In this document: in pieces, positions 27,751 through 42,204 of the stretch | Numbering within the stretch: position 1 is the first letter of the stretch | Layout of the letters: each line of letters begins with the position of its first letter | DNA from: Octopus vulgaris | Taxonomy: Eukaryota | Assembly (NCBI GenBank): GCA_951406725.2 | Contig: OX597815.1 | Location: 166,098,001 to 166,162,000 of the forward strand | Length of the DNA: 64,000 bases | Direction: 5' to 3' | Position numbers and translations under genes: made by a program | The notes under the pieces: model-generated | Told to the model about the DNA's origin: nothing | Database searches by the model: none | The model's input: the letters and a program-made list of their open reading frames with translations, nothing else

Positions 27751-28353
27751 CTAGGTTGTTGCTTTTCATCAGAAATCGCCCCAAGTTGATTTCCTACATG
27801 TTTTATCGGATAAACTTATTATTGTCCCAGGTACGTTCTCATAAATTCATCATGCATTTCCATCTAGATTTACCTCCAGCTAACCCATTTGCATGCATCG
27901 TTTTTGTCGTGCTTTTCTTCCGTCAACCTGTACATAACTGCACCTTCCATTTTTTCTGTTTTTGTACTGCTTAAAAGCACGTTTCTTTCCTGCCAAGCTT
28001 ACTATTTAAACCATGTTTGTGTTCTCCTAGTCAACAGCCTTCTCATTACAGGTACTTTAAACTCTTCAGTTGCATATTTGTGTGAATAATATTGTTTTTC
28101 TTTAGAATAGAAAAAAAGTCTATCTTCATTTCTTCTTTTGCTGGTGTCTTAAATTTAGGTTAAATCAGTGTTTCTCAAAGGGGAGGCCTATGAGACGGTC
28201 GGACAAGTTGTTTTGAGCAAATTTGGTTTAGATATTTGACAATTCAGCATCGTCCATTGGACGAGGGACGTTTTGCTCGTATATATATATGTACGCTTAC
28301 GTGTTGAGTGTGCTGTCTATGTGTGGTGTGGTTGCGTCTGTGTTATTGTGTGT

Positions 28354-28414
<61 letters not shown>

Positions 28415-29612
28415 CTTTCAATACACAAGGTGTAAAATTATACCTGCAATATAAAAAAAAGAAGGGGTTTTAAATCTGGTAAAAATGGCAGTATTATTAC
28501 ACATAGTAAAATGTTAACGTGACTATTAGAGATGAAGATTTTAAACATTGTAACAAATGTCTCCTACCGCCGGAATAAAACATGACCGGGGTATGGGCAA
28601 ACGTAGCAAAAGTACACAATTGTTTAGATAAAGTTAAATTACAACCAAATAATATATTACAAAAAAAAAAGGGGGGCAAAAAAATGATAAATAATAAATC
28701 AAATAACAATCATTGTCAATAAAATAAGATAAATTAAAATAAAATAATTTATACTTCTCTTTGATCTTTTGCCATCTTTTCCCGGTCAAATTTTATTTGT
28801 CATAGGCAAAGAAATGGCTGATATTACAACTACATCGGTCGAATATTTCCTGTCTGATTCTTTTGTTATTTTAGTTGTTGTGGCTGTCTGTCTGTATATC
28901 TAAGACAATTCTTTCGTTGTTGCTTTCGTTCGTGATAACGTTTTTTGTTGTTGTTATATTTGTTGGTTCTATATTTGCCCGTGTCTTCTCTATGTATGTT
29001 TGTCAGTCTGTCTGCCTGTATTATTTATCTGTCTATATTTCTGTATGTATCAATGAATAAATGAATGTATATGTACGTTATGTTCGTGTAGGTGTGTGTA
29101 TATCTGTGTGTATATATATATATACGCGTGTTTGTGTGTATGAGTGGGCGTTATCATTTCTGTGGTTTGTTGTTGAGGAGATAGACAGGAATAAGTTATT
29201 TACTTTTGTTCTTATCGCTTATCGTTGAGAATGTATAAAGTACACCGACAAAATGAAAGAAAAGAAAAGGAAGAAGAAAAGAAAAGAAAAACCCCAAGAC
29301 TTGTTTGCATAAATATGATAATATATACATAAACATTCGCGTATTCACGAACATGTGTGTGTATGTGTGTGTGTGTGTGTGTAAATGTATGTTACATACA
29401 GTAAGTACATCACGTACGTATACGCATACACATACCCATACGTACATGCATACATATAAACGTAAATATGTGTGTATGGGTTTTATTTGCGCGTGTGTGT
29501 ATGTGTATGTGCGCGCGCGTTTGGGCATTCAATTATTCCTTTATTTAAGGAATACACTATTCTTATGAATTTGCAGCCATGTGTCACTACTACTACTACT
29601 ACTACTACTACT

Positions 29613-29990
29613 AAAGTGGCGAACTGGACAAAATGCTTAGCGGTATTTCGTCTGCCGCTTCGTTCTGAGTTCAAATTCCGCTGAGGTCGACTTTGCCTTT
29701 CATCCTTTCGGGGTCGATTAAATAAGTACCAGTTACGCACTGGGGTCGATATAATCGACTTAATCCGTTTGTCTGTCCTTGTTTGTCCTCTCTGTGTTTA
29801 GCCCCTTGTGGGTAGTAAAGAAATAGGTATTTCGTCTGTCATTACGTTCTGCGTTCAAATTCCGTTGAGGTTGACTCCACCCTTTCATTATTTCGGAGTC
29901 GATAAAATAAATACCAGCTGAACACTTGGGTCGATATAATCGACTAGCCCCTCGCCTCAAATGTCAGATCTTGTGCCTGTTGTAGAAAAG
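29613..29990 (+). mobile_element. Two nested SINE-C copies
   Basis: ggtatttcgtctg is repeated at 29642 and 29826 around a long-tailed copy, and the older copy resumes afterwards. Confidence 0.88.
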
Positions 29991-29994
29991 TGAC

Positions 29995-31030
29995 ATGTCT
30001 TTCCGCAGCTCGTTTCTTTGACGGTGAAGGATAGACCGAGTCTGAGCGTCTGGCACTCAGAATGTTGTCAGGCGCTCACTGTCCTCTACCAGTCGGGCAA
30101 TAGGATCGGTGGATGTTCCACTTTAACTTTATACAGGCGATTAGTAGCGGAGAAGTGCGACGACATCGTTGGGACGATCCCAGGCGCCGACGAACTGGCT
30201 TAGTCTACATCCAGGACTTTCCAATCGGGAACTACTATGGATAATTTCCAGATGTCTTTGGCCTGGCAGTGCTACCGGCAGGGAAGGGCCCTACCGGTTT
30301 GAGATTAAACTCTACAGGTACGGATGTCTTGTCAGATAGGCTTGTCCAAGGTGTGTGCAGTGACGAAACCGTTATGCATATTCTCGTTCCAGTGTCCGGG
30401 CATTGCTGACTTGCGGAGTTATGTCGAACAGCCGCTGTCGCGCGTGGGACGGATCGATCTGTCGGCCGAGTCTATAGTGATGATTTACCCGCCGTCCTTC
30501 TTTAATCGAACATGCAAGACAGTTTTCCTTTGCATGGTGGCTGTGGCGAAACTGGTTGTGTGGTGGATGAATCTGAAAAGAATGAGGATTGAGACATCCC
30601 TCTTTGGTAAAGCCCTCATCGATTTTTTTCAAGTTTTATTTAAGAAGGAAAGTGAGGGTGGAGAGAGAATCTATCAAAAGATAGGTGAAAGTTGCGACAA
30701 TGGCAGGAGTGGAGATGGTTCAGCTCTAAGTGTAGACCTGTGAGTCGGTGGAAAGAAGACGGAGAGGGCACTTGTCCTTGATATTCACGAAGGTCTTGGA
30801 TAGTGAGATTCATCGATTATTCCTAGAGGTCCTCCTGCATTAGGAGGACCCCATCACTATCGCGTTTCCCTCCCTTGGTGTCGTATACTATGTATAATTC
30901 CCGACTTTTAATGTAAACCGTGTATGCTTTTCCTTTTTTTAAAAAATTATTCCATTATATGTAAACACCCACATTTTATGTCTGTCTTTGTATTGTCCCC
31001 TTCAGCTTCCGCCCTGGTGAAAAATAAAAG

Positions 31031-31033
<3 letters not shown>
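29995..31033 (+). mobile_element. Tx1/L1-clade LINE 3' fragment ending at (CAT)n
   Basis: DNFQMSLAWQCYR..ALPV and CPRC...ETVMHI...QCPG (CCHC knuckle, frameshifted). The 3'UTR ends ccctggtgaaaaataaaagaaat. Confidence 0.75.
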
Positions 31034-31094
<61 letters not shown>

Positions 31095-31101
31095 TCTTCT
31101 T

Positions 31102-31196
<95 letters not shown>
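31034..31196. repeat. Compound (CAT)n(TCT)n(TAT)n microsatellite
   Basis: Directly visible. Confidence 0.98.
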
Positions 31197-31197
<1 letters not shown>

Positions 31198-31713
31198 GAG
31201 TGTGAGAGCAGTTCATGCCATCTAAGTGACACGGGTAAAATATACGAAGCCCAGTATAGCCATCATGACTACCCGTCTGATATGGGTACACTAGACACAT
31301 GCATCACAACAGCAGATAACTTTGCAGGTGGGGGCCAAGTTAGAATTTTCTCCTGGTCGAGTAACCCATCCCGCTCAAAATGTCCCCAAATAAGAGTTGT
31401 TTAAGGATGTTGAACGAAACACTCATGTTTCCAGAGGTGAGTTATTCAAACCCCAAAGAATTCCTCTCAACTCATGGCTATGATGCTCCACCACTACTTC
31501 TGCTCGTGATCAGAGATGCACATATCGTCAGCCACTAAGGGACATGCTCAACTGGTTAAGATCAAACAACTGACAAGCAAATCTGTGGTATTGAGCAGAA
31601 TATTTGCTGTAGCCCATCTTTTATACCAAGAGAAAATAATGTACATAATAACACTTCCAATCAGTTAAGATCAGAAGCCATGAGAGCCACTACCTAGTAC
31701 GGCATCAGGACAT
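31196..31713 (-). mobile_element. Family E element (inverted homolog of 18004-18560, with a small internal deletion)
   Basis: Reverse-complement match over the whole length. (TTA)n on both sides. Confidence 0.85.
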
Positions 31714-31743
31714 TTATTATTATTATTATTATCATCATCATCA

Positions 31744-31802
<59 letters not shown>

Positions 31803-31804
<2 letters not shown>

Positions 31805-32150
31805 TTTTTTTCTTCTTTCAAATTTGCTTCCATTTCTTGCCGAGTGTCTTCCCGACTCCTAGGGCAAAGAAACTCATAGTATACATTGGTAGGCCATTAA
31901 ACCAAACTCAATAGTTCGTTCATTTAAAAAAAAATTTTTTTAAGTTAAATTAAAATACATGAGCAGCAACAGTTCTCACATCGACAATGCTCTTCTCAAT
32001 ACGTGATGAGCAGCAACAGTTCTCACATCGACAATGCTCTTCTCAATACGTGTGCTCTTCTCAATACGTGTGCTCTTCTCAATACGTGTGCTCTTCTCAA
32101 TACGTGCGCTCTTCTCAATACGTATGCTCTTCTCAATACGTGTGCTCTTC
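31803..32150 (-). mobile_element. 3' end of an R4/Dong-like LINE running into (TAA)n, with tandem amplification of its last codons
   Basis: The minus strand reads AHVLRRALSM* (cf. GTAHILRKVL), then a UTR, then aataataat. The 18-bp unit tgctcttctcaatacgtg is repeated ~6-7 times, and there is a 47-bp duplication. Confidence 0.65.
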
Positions 32151-34555
32151 TTGGTGATTTTCAGTGAAGTATCGTACCGTGGATCTGCTATATTTACATT
32201 CAGTTTTGCCCACTTAAACCATTTATTTTTTTCCGATCAGTCTTGTAGAACTGACCAGTTGAGTTACATGGATGACATGGATGAGTTACATGGATGACTC
32301 GGGATGACTCGGGATGACTCGGGATGACTCAAATTGTATCTTGCAATAGTGTTTGTTAGGTTGTTAGGTCAATCAGATAGCATCTTGTTGGCGTCAGATA
32401 CCTCAGTAGCCGAGCTGGTCAGAATCATTCTAAAAAATTAAGAGGTGGTGACAGAAGACAAGATTAAACTGGGAGCTTGTAGCATGGCACCTATAGATGC
32501 AAGTATATGTCACCAACCAACGTCGTGAGGTGTAGGCCCGACGGAGCCCTTTAATTCTTGTGTTTAGTTTGGTATGTATCTCTAAGTCAGTAACAATTAG
32601 GACGATATAACGATAAGAATTGCTGGTTCATCTAAAAGTGAGCAGAGAGAAAGCTATCATGAAAGATTGAGTGGTGGTAGCGAACGTGAACATTACATTG
32701 GTATATATTACCGTTTGACCAGATGATAACATCTAGTGATTCGATTCTTGTAGAAGGGGCACGTAAAGCTAACCAAGCAGTTCATCTGGTGTCAACACCC
32801 TTCACCCAGTGAGTTCAATATGATAGTCGCATATACCTACAGATATGGCTTTGTAGCCATATATCATTACTGACGTACCAATGACAAATTAGATGCAACA
32901 CACATTCCTTAATGTCTCCTATAATTCATCAGCAAGGCATCATATGGGCAAGTCTGTGCGCTAGGACCTATACTATGTTTTATTGACATACATAGACTGA
33001 CTTTGGGTCACTAGACCTGTGGATCTTCCTGGCAATTGCTCTGGATATTTCTGATTTAAATCGGCACTATATTTAAGTTGGTATAATTTCTTAGTTTTTC
33101 AATTTCAGTACTACACTATATTCATTTTCGGATTGTTATCTCAGTAGTAATCCCTTCTACTATGGACACGAGGCCTGAAATTCGGGGGGAGGGGGACTAG
33201 TCGATTACATCGACCTAGTGTTTCTTGTGAAAATTTTATAGCTGCGGATATAATCGATTTTGCTACCCCGACTGTAAGGGGTTGATTTGGCGTAATGTTT
33301 ACGTTAGAGCTAGTGTCAGTTTTCGAGTTATAGAGTTCATTATAAAAATTTGTGTTGGTAGATTTCTTAAGGCTGAGTTTAGATCTATTGATCTATTGAT
33401 CCATCAATAGCTTCCAAGATATGATCGAGTCTAAATTCGGAGTAGTAAAGTACGACAATATCACAGAGGATTTATTAAAATTAGAATAACATTTATGATT
33501 TTTAGGGAAATTTTCCTTCAATATCTTAAAAAAACAATTTGGGTAAAGATTTGATCTAAAGAGAAGGGCGAGGCAAACCATATAATTTCACGTTTCCTAG
33601 ATTTTGAGTATTTGGTCTGATTAGATTGGTTGGAGATATAGTATCTATATTTATATTTACAACGCCGTTCTAAACTAACTTCACTCATCTATTTATATAT
33701 GTATATTAGAATTTTATATATTTATGTATTCATAGATTTTTAATACGTTTTAATATCTTAATTGGTATATTGGTAGAAACTGATATACATCCATCCATGA
33801 CAGAATATATATTTATTTACATTGTCGACCCTTATATATATAATGTTAAACGGAAAAATTTAACAAAAACATAACAAACGGAATATTAAGCAAAACCAAA
33901 ATACACAGAAAATTCGCTGCTGTTTCCTTATCAGTCAATGTCTAAGACATCCTAGTGGTTTCGTGTTTTTAACATTGATACCACTCTGTCTTGTCAGCGC
34001 CAGAGCAGGAACCTTCTGGGAAAAGCTAACGAACGTGTACGACAAGGACAAAAACAAACAAGACAAAATATGACAATTGTACGTATACAACAAAATACTA
34101 ATAATAATACAAATACAACAGAAAAAGGCCTTTCGGCTGTCAAACTGGCGTATGTAAGGTAACGCAAAGGAGAAATGGAAAATGTCCTAAGAGACATAAT
34201 GAGGAGCCCAGACAGGCGTGACTGATCTGGTCAAAAGCAGGGCGAAAAAAAAAAAAAAAAAACGACACCGCCTTAGGTCGACACCAGTCAGGTGGTAGTG
34301 GGAAGAGGGAGGAAGATATACAGTAATCAGTCGCCATACTGCGGTTCACCTAACGCAGTTTATTATTTAAGCTTACAACGATTCTGCGGTGTTGTTTTGC
34401 ATTTATAAGAAAATAAATATATACAAATTATAAAAATAAATATATATATATATATATACAGTACAGTACTGTTTCTACTTCACAGATTTTCACTTAACGC
34501 TGGGGTTTTTGGAACGCAACACCCTCGATAGTCGAGAGATTACTTTGTGTGTGTT

Positions 34556-34601
<46 letters not shown>

Positions 34602-34679
34602 AATAAGGTACTCAGAAATCTTGATGGTTGTACATTTACAGATTTTTATTAATAAGCCACATGTTTTTATAAATCATAT

Positions 34680-34725
34680 AATAGCGCTTGCATCTACTCT
34701 AGTAGATTCTTCAGATTTGAATATT
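34680..34725 (-). ncRNA. Degenerate hammerhead-like motif
   Basis: Minus strand CTGAAGA-atctac(taga)gtagat-GCAA-gcgc-TA. Stem II is perfect and stem III is palindromic, but GAAA is mutated and stem I pairs poorly. Confidence 0.45.
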
Positions 34726-34877
34726 TTGAGGGGATTCGTCTCTTTTTATAGCATTATTGAGTGTGTAGAAGTGGCGAGAGATATAGGATAGTAAATATAC
34801 ATACATACATTCATACATACATACATGCATACATACATACATACATACATACATACATACATACATACATACATACA

Positions 34878-34909
<32 letters not shown>

Positions 34910-36478
34910 CAGTTGCGGCCAAAAAGTTCAGAACGGCAGTGTTTTCGTCAGAAAAGTAAGTATAAGTTTTTATTAAAGTTGTTTTATATTCTATAATTTT
35001 CACAGACAATAAATACGATATTAATTGGTATAGATGATATAGTGATTTACTGCAAAACCCATGGTGGCCAAAATGATCAGAACGGTTGAAAAAATAACAA
35101 AATAATTAAAAAGTGACAGAGAATGCTGGAATTATTTCATATTTAGTGTGAAGCCCTTTAGCTTCAATCAAAGTTTGACATTTTTGACTGGATGGGGAAA
35201 TTAAATTTTCAATTTCTTGCTGGGTGATCTTATTCCATTCTTCCTGAAGGGCATTCCATAATTGCTCGGTTGTTTTAGGATTTCTGGCTTTCAAACGTTC
35301 TCCTAGAATATTCCACACATTTTTAATAGGATTGAGGTCTGGGCTTTGAGCAGGCCAATCCATAACAATAACCTTTTCAGCCTTGAGGAAGTTCATGACC
35401 ACCTTAGCCTTGTGACATGGGGCATTGTCCTGCATGAATATGGGTGTTCGCTTAGTTGAATTCCTCAGCACAGACAAGACATGATCTTTTACAAGTTGTT
35501 TATAAACTCCTGCATTTACCTTTCCATGTAATCGCAGCAAAGGGCAAACAACATCTCCAGATATCATCCCCCAAACCATGACACTTCCTCCACCGAATTT
35601 AACACTAGTCTTAAGGCATTTAGGCGACAATTTTTCACCTGCTTTTCCCATCTGAGCCAAATAACATAGACTTAGATTCATCACTGAAATGCACCGTTTT
35701 CGATTTTTCTTGAGACCACAACACATGTTCGGTTGCAAAGGTAAGACGACACTTTTTATTCTTGGAGCTGATCAGTGGCTTCACTGCAAGTGCTCTTGCT
35801 TGTAGGTCATGTTCAACTAAACGACGAGACACAGTTTTTCGAGATAAAGTTTTCTTCAGTACAATGCTCATTTTCCGAAAAACGGCAGCAGCAGTTTTAA
35901 ATCTGTCCTTTTTAACTAACTTTATCATAGCACGATCTTCTCTCCTGGTCGTTTTTTCTTGGCCTACCTGTAGACTTTCTTGCTTCACACGAACCGCAAT
36001 CATCGTAGACCTTAAGAATACCGTGAACAACACTTTTTGACTTGTTAACAATCTTTGCAATAGACCTAATACTTAAATTATCCTTCTTTTGAAGCTTAAT
36101 AATCTGCTGACGAATTGGTAACGGAGTAAGTGGCATTATATTAACAAAGTACACTGCAGATATTCTTACTAACGTTTAGTAAACGAACTGTCACGTAAAC
36201 AAATTCAAAACATTAGAGTTCGACGGTTAAATATACTAAAACATGGAGTAAAAGCAACCGTTCTGATCATTTTGGCCGCCATGGGTTTTGCAGTAAATCA
36301 CTAAATCATCCATAACTTTTTTATTATCCTCTCAAATTACACCAAAATCTCAGACATTAACAAATAATATCGTATTTATTGTCTGCAAAAATTATAGAAT
36401 ATAAAACAACTTTGATAAAAACTTATACCTACTTTTCTTACGAAAACAATGCCGTTCTGAACATTTTGGCCGCAACTG
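34910..36478 (-). mobile_element. Full-length Tc1-like (DD34E) transposon, IR-DR type
   Basis: Long TIRs (~180-220 bp) start cagttgcggccaaaa, with inner direct repeats ggccaaaatgatcagaacgg at ~35066 and ~36260. TA TSDs at 34908 and 36479. Confidence 0.96.
35106..36136 (-). pseudogene. Tc1 transposase, frameshifted
   Basis: Three overlapping ORFs: HTH region with STGRPRK, FSDESK, VKFGGGSVMVWG, FMQDNAPCH and WPAQSPDLNPIKNVW (catalytic E replaced by K). Confidence 0.95.
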
Positions 36479-36508
36479 TATATATATATTTTATATATAT
36501 ATATATTT

Positions 36509-36539
<31 letters not shown>

Positions 36540-37573
36540 GCGAATAAGAAGTCAACGTCACAAGAAGCGTCAACAGTGGGAGAAATCAAAGGGACCTATG
36601 TTGTAACAAAGATTTTCCCTAAGAGCGTTAGTTTGGGAAAGTAATAGTGATGCTATTGTGTGCAGTATTACTTCTGCTTATATTTTGCAGGAATCTGTTT
36701 CATTTAGCTTGATTTACAATTTATGAAACTTCTGACATTCCGCTATCCGATACACATTGCATATATGTAATCATTCTAACTTCGTGGAGTTTCACAACGT
36801 CGGTGGTAATAAAGTATGTTTGTAAACAATGAAAACATTGCCATCTTTTGCTTGATGCCTACGAAAGATAATTATAGTCGTAATAGTAACTGTGTGGTGT
36901 ATAATGATTATGATGATGATGATGGTAGTGGTGGTGGTTGTGGTGGTGGTGGCGGCGGTTAGCATGATCATTTTACCATCATCATTAGTATTTATCACAT
37001 CATTGCATTAAGAAGTGGTGATGGTTATCTTAGTAAACGAAGTTGGTGATGATGATGATGATGATAATAATAATGATAGTGGCGGATAATGACGGCAGGT
37101 ATAGCCGCGGAAAGAATGGAAAAAATTTGCGGTAGTCGTGTGTGATGTTCTTGAGTTCATCTTCTTTTTTTCTCATTAGACGCTCATTGACTATATATGG
37201 ACATTGAAAAAATTGAAGCGAATTCAGGTACGCGCATGCACGCACATACGCAAACATACACACACACACACACACATTCAAACTCCACACACAGGCTCAT
37301 ACGCCACACACAGGCTCATACGCCACACACACACACACACTCATGCTTCCCCCCACACATACACACACACATTCACACGCACACAGACACATACATACTG
37401 GGGTTCTCAACCATGTCTTTATCTATAGATTCCTCTGATTACTATTTTATTCCGGTGGACCCCCACATAACCATTCCATGTTTTAAAACTAGTTTTAAAG
37501 AATCGTCTTTCAAAATTCTTATTTTGTTTTTCACACATTAACTTGTTTAGAGGTTGACCTATGTAAAATGTCG

Positions 37574-37850
37574 TGGAGGCGCGTGGCTTAGTGGTTAGGG
37601 TGTCAGCATCATGATCGTAAGATTGTGGTTTCGATTCCTGGACCGGGCGACGCGTTGTGCTCTTGAGTAAAACACTTCATTTCACGTTGCTCCAGTCCAC
37701 TCAGCTGGCAAAAATGTGTAACGCTGCAATGGACTGGCGTCCCGTCCAGGTGGGGAATTTCTACGCCACTGAAACCGGAAGCTGGGAAACACATACGCCA
37801 TAGAAACCGGGAAACCGGGCTCATGAGGCTAGGCTTTAAAAAGGGCGCAT
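37574..37850 (+). mobile_element. SINE family D-like
   Basis: ggaggcgcgtggcttagtggttaggg..ggtttcgattcc head and cacttcatttcacgttgctccagt core. Confidence 0.88.
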
Positions 37851-38124
37851 TTATTACTTTTTTATGTAAAATGTCAGAGACAGAACCTGAACTGTTTCTT
37901 GCAATGCATATCAATACATACATCTAAAACAAGTTTTTTTCAGGGGCCCTTAAAAAACTATTGTGTATTTCTAATTTACTATTTTGTTGCACGAAGCCCC
38001 AACAATCTGTTATGGACCTCGGTTGAGAACTACTGATATAGACAAAAATTAATGCTATATGACTGCGAAACCTGGATTCTACATCGTCGCGACACCAACA
38101 ATAGCTTCGTTCAATCTTGAGCGT

Positions 38125-38850
38125 CAAATGGGAACAACAATAAAGTTCTGAAAAGAGCGAACAAGTATCGAATCGCTGATCATGAAACGCTATCTTCGAT
38201 CGTCAGGACATGTAGCAAGAATGAAAGAATCAAATTTCCCACGCTAAGTCTTATTTAGCGAGTTTACTTCAAGAAAAAGACCACGGGATTGCCCACTTCG
38301 AAGATACAAGGAACAACTCAAAGCAACACTGAAAACCACTGGGATTGAGCCTAGGTCGTTTGAAACACAAGCCTGAGACCGTACCAAGTAGCGGTGTTCC
38401 ATCACCAAAGGCGGCGAGCTGGCAGAAGCGTTAGCACGCCGGGCGAAATGCTTCGCGGTATTTCGGCTGCCGTTACGTTGTGAGTTCAAATTCCACCGAG
38501 GTCGACTTTGCCTTTCATCCTTTCGGGGTCGATAAATTAAGTACCAGTTACGCACTGGGGTCGATGTAATCGACTTAATACCTATGTCTGTCCTTGTTTG
38601 TCCCCTCTGTGTTTAGCCCCTTGTGGGCAATAAAGAAATAGGTGTTCCATCACCATGGGAACCAAAAAGTTAGAAGCTACCAGAAGAGAAAATGAAAAAA
38701 ATCAAACGATAAAAAGGTTCGACAAAATCAGCCTCGTCTTCTACCAACATTGTTATGCAGTCAATGCCATCGACTCTTCTATGCAAGAATTGGTCTACAG
38801 TCATCAACAGTATCACCATAAAGGAAGCGTTCAGCAAAGAAGAAAATAAA
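38125..38850 (+). mobile_element. RTE-clade LINE 3' end interrupted by a SINE
   Basis: SIESLIMKRYLRSSGHVARM..PLRRYKEQLK and a terminal CSQCHRLFYARIGL..SH finger, with stops. Confidence 0.85.
38408..38640 (+). mobile_element. SINE family C (long tail) with a perfect 15-bp TSD
   Basis: ggtgttccatcacca at 38393-38407 and 38641-38655. Confidence 0.95.
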
Positions 38851-38876
38851 TGCTCGGATATGAGATAAAGTTGATG

Positions 38877-39127
38877 AGTGACTGTGTGGTAAGTAGCTTG
38901 CTTACCAACCACATGGTTCTGGGTTCAGTCCCACTGCGTGGCACCTTGGGCAAGTGTCTTCTACTATAGCCTCGGGCCGGCCAAAGCCTTCTGAGTGGAT
39001 TTGGTAGACGGAAACTGAAAGAAGCCAGTCGTATATATACGTTCATGTATGTCTGTGTGTGTGTTTGTGTCTGTGTTTGCCCCCCCCCCTGTCAAATGAC
39101 AGAAGCAAGTAAAAGAGTAAAAGAGAG
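38877..39127 (+). mobile_element. SINE family B with an internal deletion
   Basis: The head is intact. The sequence jumps from a poly-C to the terminal gtcaaatgac..aagtaaaagag. Confidence 0.88.
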
Positions 39128-39444
39128 TAAAGCGAACGCACATACGAGATAACGCGTGGCCTTCTCTGTGATAGAAATACCCGCGAAACCTCCCTGAAGC
39201 TACACCATCTGTCTAAAGAAATAGACACACATTGGATAATGTAGCTATGTCCGAAAATGATGAATGCTTTCGTCGGAAGTCGTCTAGACTATGGTCAAGC
39301 ATGGTGCGAAACAATAACAGCAGCGACAACGTATACTCAAGGAAGTATACGTATGCTTACTTGCCGACGTGTGTGTGTGTAGTTTATATTAAATGTTAGA
39401 CATGGTACTTACTGATATTACGTCATCTCGATTGCGAGTGATGG

Positions 39445-39522
<78 letters not shown>

Positions 39523-39644
39523 GCCTGCCTGCCTGCCTGCTTGCCTACATGCTTGCCTGTCTGCCTGCTCACCAGTCAATCTGTTTGTCTGTCTGTCTGT
39601 CTTCCTGACTGCCTGTCCGTTTGTCTGTCCGTTTATCTATCTTT

Positions 39645-39985
<341 letters not shown>

Positions 39986-40961
39986 GCCTGTCTATCTAAT
40001 TGTCTATCTGTCCATTTGTTTGTCTATTTGTTTGTCGATCTGTCTGTTAGTCTATCTATCTATAAAATCTCTCTATCTATTTTTCTTTCTTCATGTCCAT
40101 TCATCTATCCATCCATCCATCCATCCATCCATCCATCCATCCATATATCCTTCTGTCCTGCCTTCTATGTATGCGTGTTTGTATGTTTGTATATATGTAT
40201 ATATGTATGTATGCATCTATGTGTGCATGTATGTATGTATGTGTGCCTATGACAAACATCACTATGCTTAAGAACATAGTATTATACTGCGGATAGGAAT
40301 AAAGAGAGAAAGAGAGAGAGTGAGAGAGAGGGGGTGGGTGAGAGTTTATGAACGCTTGGAATTTTGCTTCAGCGATTATGGCCGACGGTGTTCACAGCAA
40401 CACCAATAATACTAATACCAGCTGGACAACAAAATCTCAGCTATCATGAGATTGTGTAAGCACTCTGTTCATTTTAGTTAGTATTGACATTTATATACAG
40501 ATATTATTTCGTTGAAGTCGGAAACCAAAATGAAGATCATTCTATTAACTATAAGAAGAGGTAACGGGATGACTTCGGCAAATATATATTTACGGAAACT
40601 TCAAGTATTTCGAGATTAGAATCTTCGACGAAAAGTGGCTGTCCATCCCATTTTTAAGCACATCCAAATACAGCAAAAAAACCGTTGCTGAAGAAGAGAG
40701 CAATGTACTATTGACGTCATCACTGCAATTACCGTCTTCGTCTAACGCACGTGTACTTTTGTATTTGAATCAATCCGGATAACAACAAAATATTGTATTT
40801 CTAGTTGTGTGGTTAAGAAGCACATTTTTATAATCACATATTTTCGGGTTCATTCCCACAGTACGTCACCTGGGGCAGATGTCTTCTCCTATAACCCCGG
40901 ACCGACCAATGCCTTGTGAGTGAATTTGGTATGGAAATCTAATTGTTTCTTGCAATAGATA

Positions 40962-41474
40962 CCGTAAACCTTCGAGTATACCGTAAATCTTTGAGTATAA
41001 TATGCAGGAGATTTTTAGGGGGCTGTACTTCTGAAAAACCTAAACCTTGTGTATAATACGCACCCCATCTCTAACTTGAGTCGTGCGTAATTAAGCCAGC
41101 AGCACCTAGTCGAACAAACACTTTTGCGCATGCGTAATACAATAATGGTGATGTTCTTAACTGTTATATGGGAATATAAATATGTTTGCAAATTGTTTTT
41201 GTTACATGTTATTCTGTGTTTTGAATACTTTTATTTTAATAAATGTTGCTTACTGCAAGTTATGGATGATTCTTTTATGACTCTTCATTGCTTTCAGGCT
41301 TAGCTGAAGGTATTTTTGCGTCCGACATCACAAAATGCGTCTGAATAAACATTGCCGGATAGCAAATAGAGACTCGGGCATTGCTTAGAGAATATTTTTC
41401 ATTTTTAACCTCGTATATAGTACGCACTAGGGATTTTGACCTTTAAATTTTGGGAAAAAATTGTGGATTTACGG
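40962..41474. mobile_element. pogo/Tigger-like MITE
   Basis: TA-ccgtaaa..gagtata left end (tandemly duplicated) and gatttacgg-TA right end. Confidence 0.7.
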
Positions 41475-42204
41475 TACATCAAAAGCAAAATGAACCCTTA
41501 ATATACTACTGCAATGTACTTCTTTGCTTGCATGGAGCCCCAAAAAATCTTATATGGCGTAGTATTGTTACATGTGTTGCCCTGAAAACGCAAAGGTTTG
41601 GGAGAGATAGCACGTGGCACCAGAGTCAATCTCACTAACATTTTCACCAACCCAATGACTTGGACTGAAACAGCTTTAATCGACCCCAAATGGAAGAAAG
41701 CAAAGTTGACCTCGGCAGGATTTGAACTCAGAGTGTAGATAGTTGGAACAAATACTGCCAGGAATTCGATCCAACGATCCCACAAAAGACCATTCAACTT
41801 CGATGTCCCACTGGGCAACAGTTTAAGTCTACGAAATATAACCGATTTCCATTTTACTAGAGATGAAAGGTAAATTCCATTCCGAATTTTGCTTTTCATC
41901 CAAGATGTCGGCTATCATAAATTATATCTTATCTGGCTTTCAAAACGTCTGTTGCAAAGAATGGCTTCTTTCATAAGCATATAAACTGACTCTTCAGCTG
42001 TTGTGCCACAGAAACATTATCGAAGGTCTGGGTAGGAGAAGGAATGGGGGACATTCATACTTTATTTCCAAGAACTTGTTTTTGAAATCTAGTCGCAAGC
42101 TCATTATGCTAAAAAGTTGTTATTTTGTAGTTGTTGTTGCTCTTTAGTGCTAGGTTGTTATTTTTGTTGTAGTTGTTATTGTTGTGTAACGCCAACAACG
42201 TATC

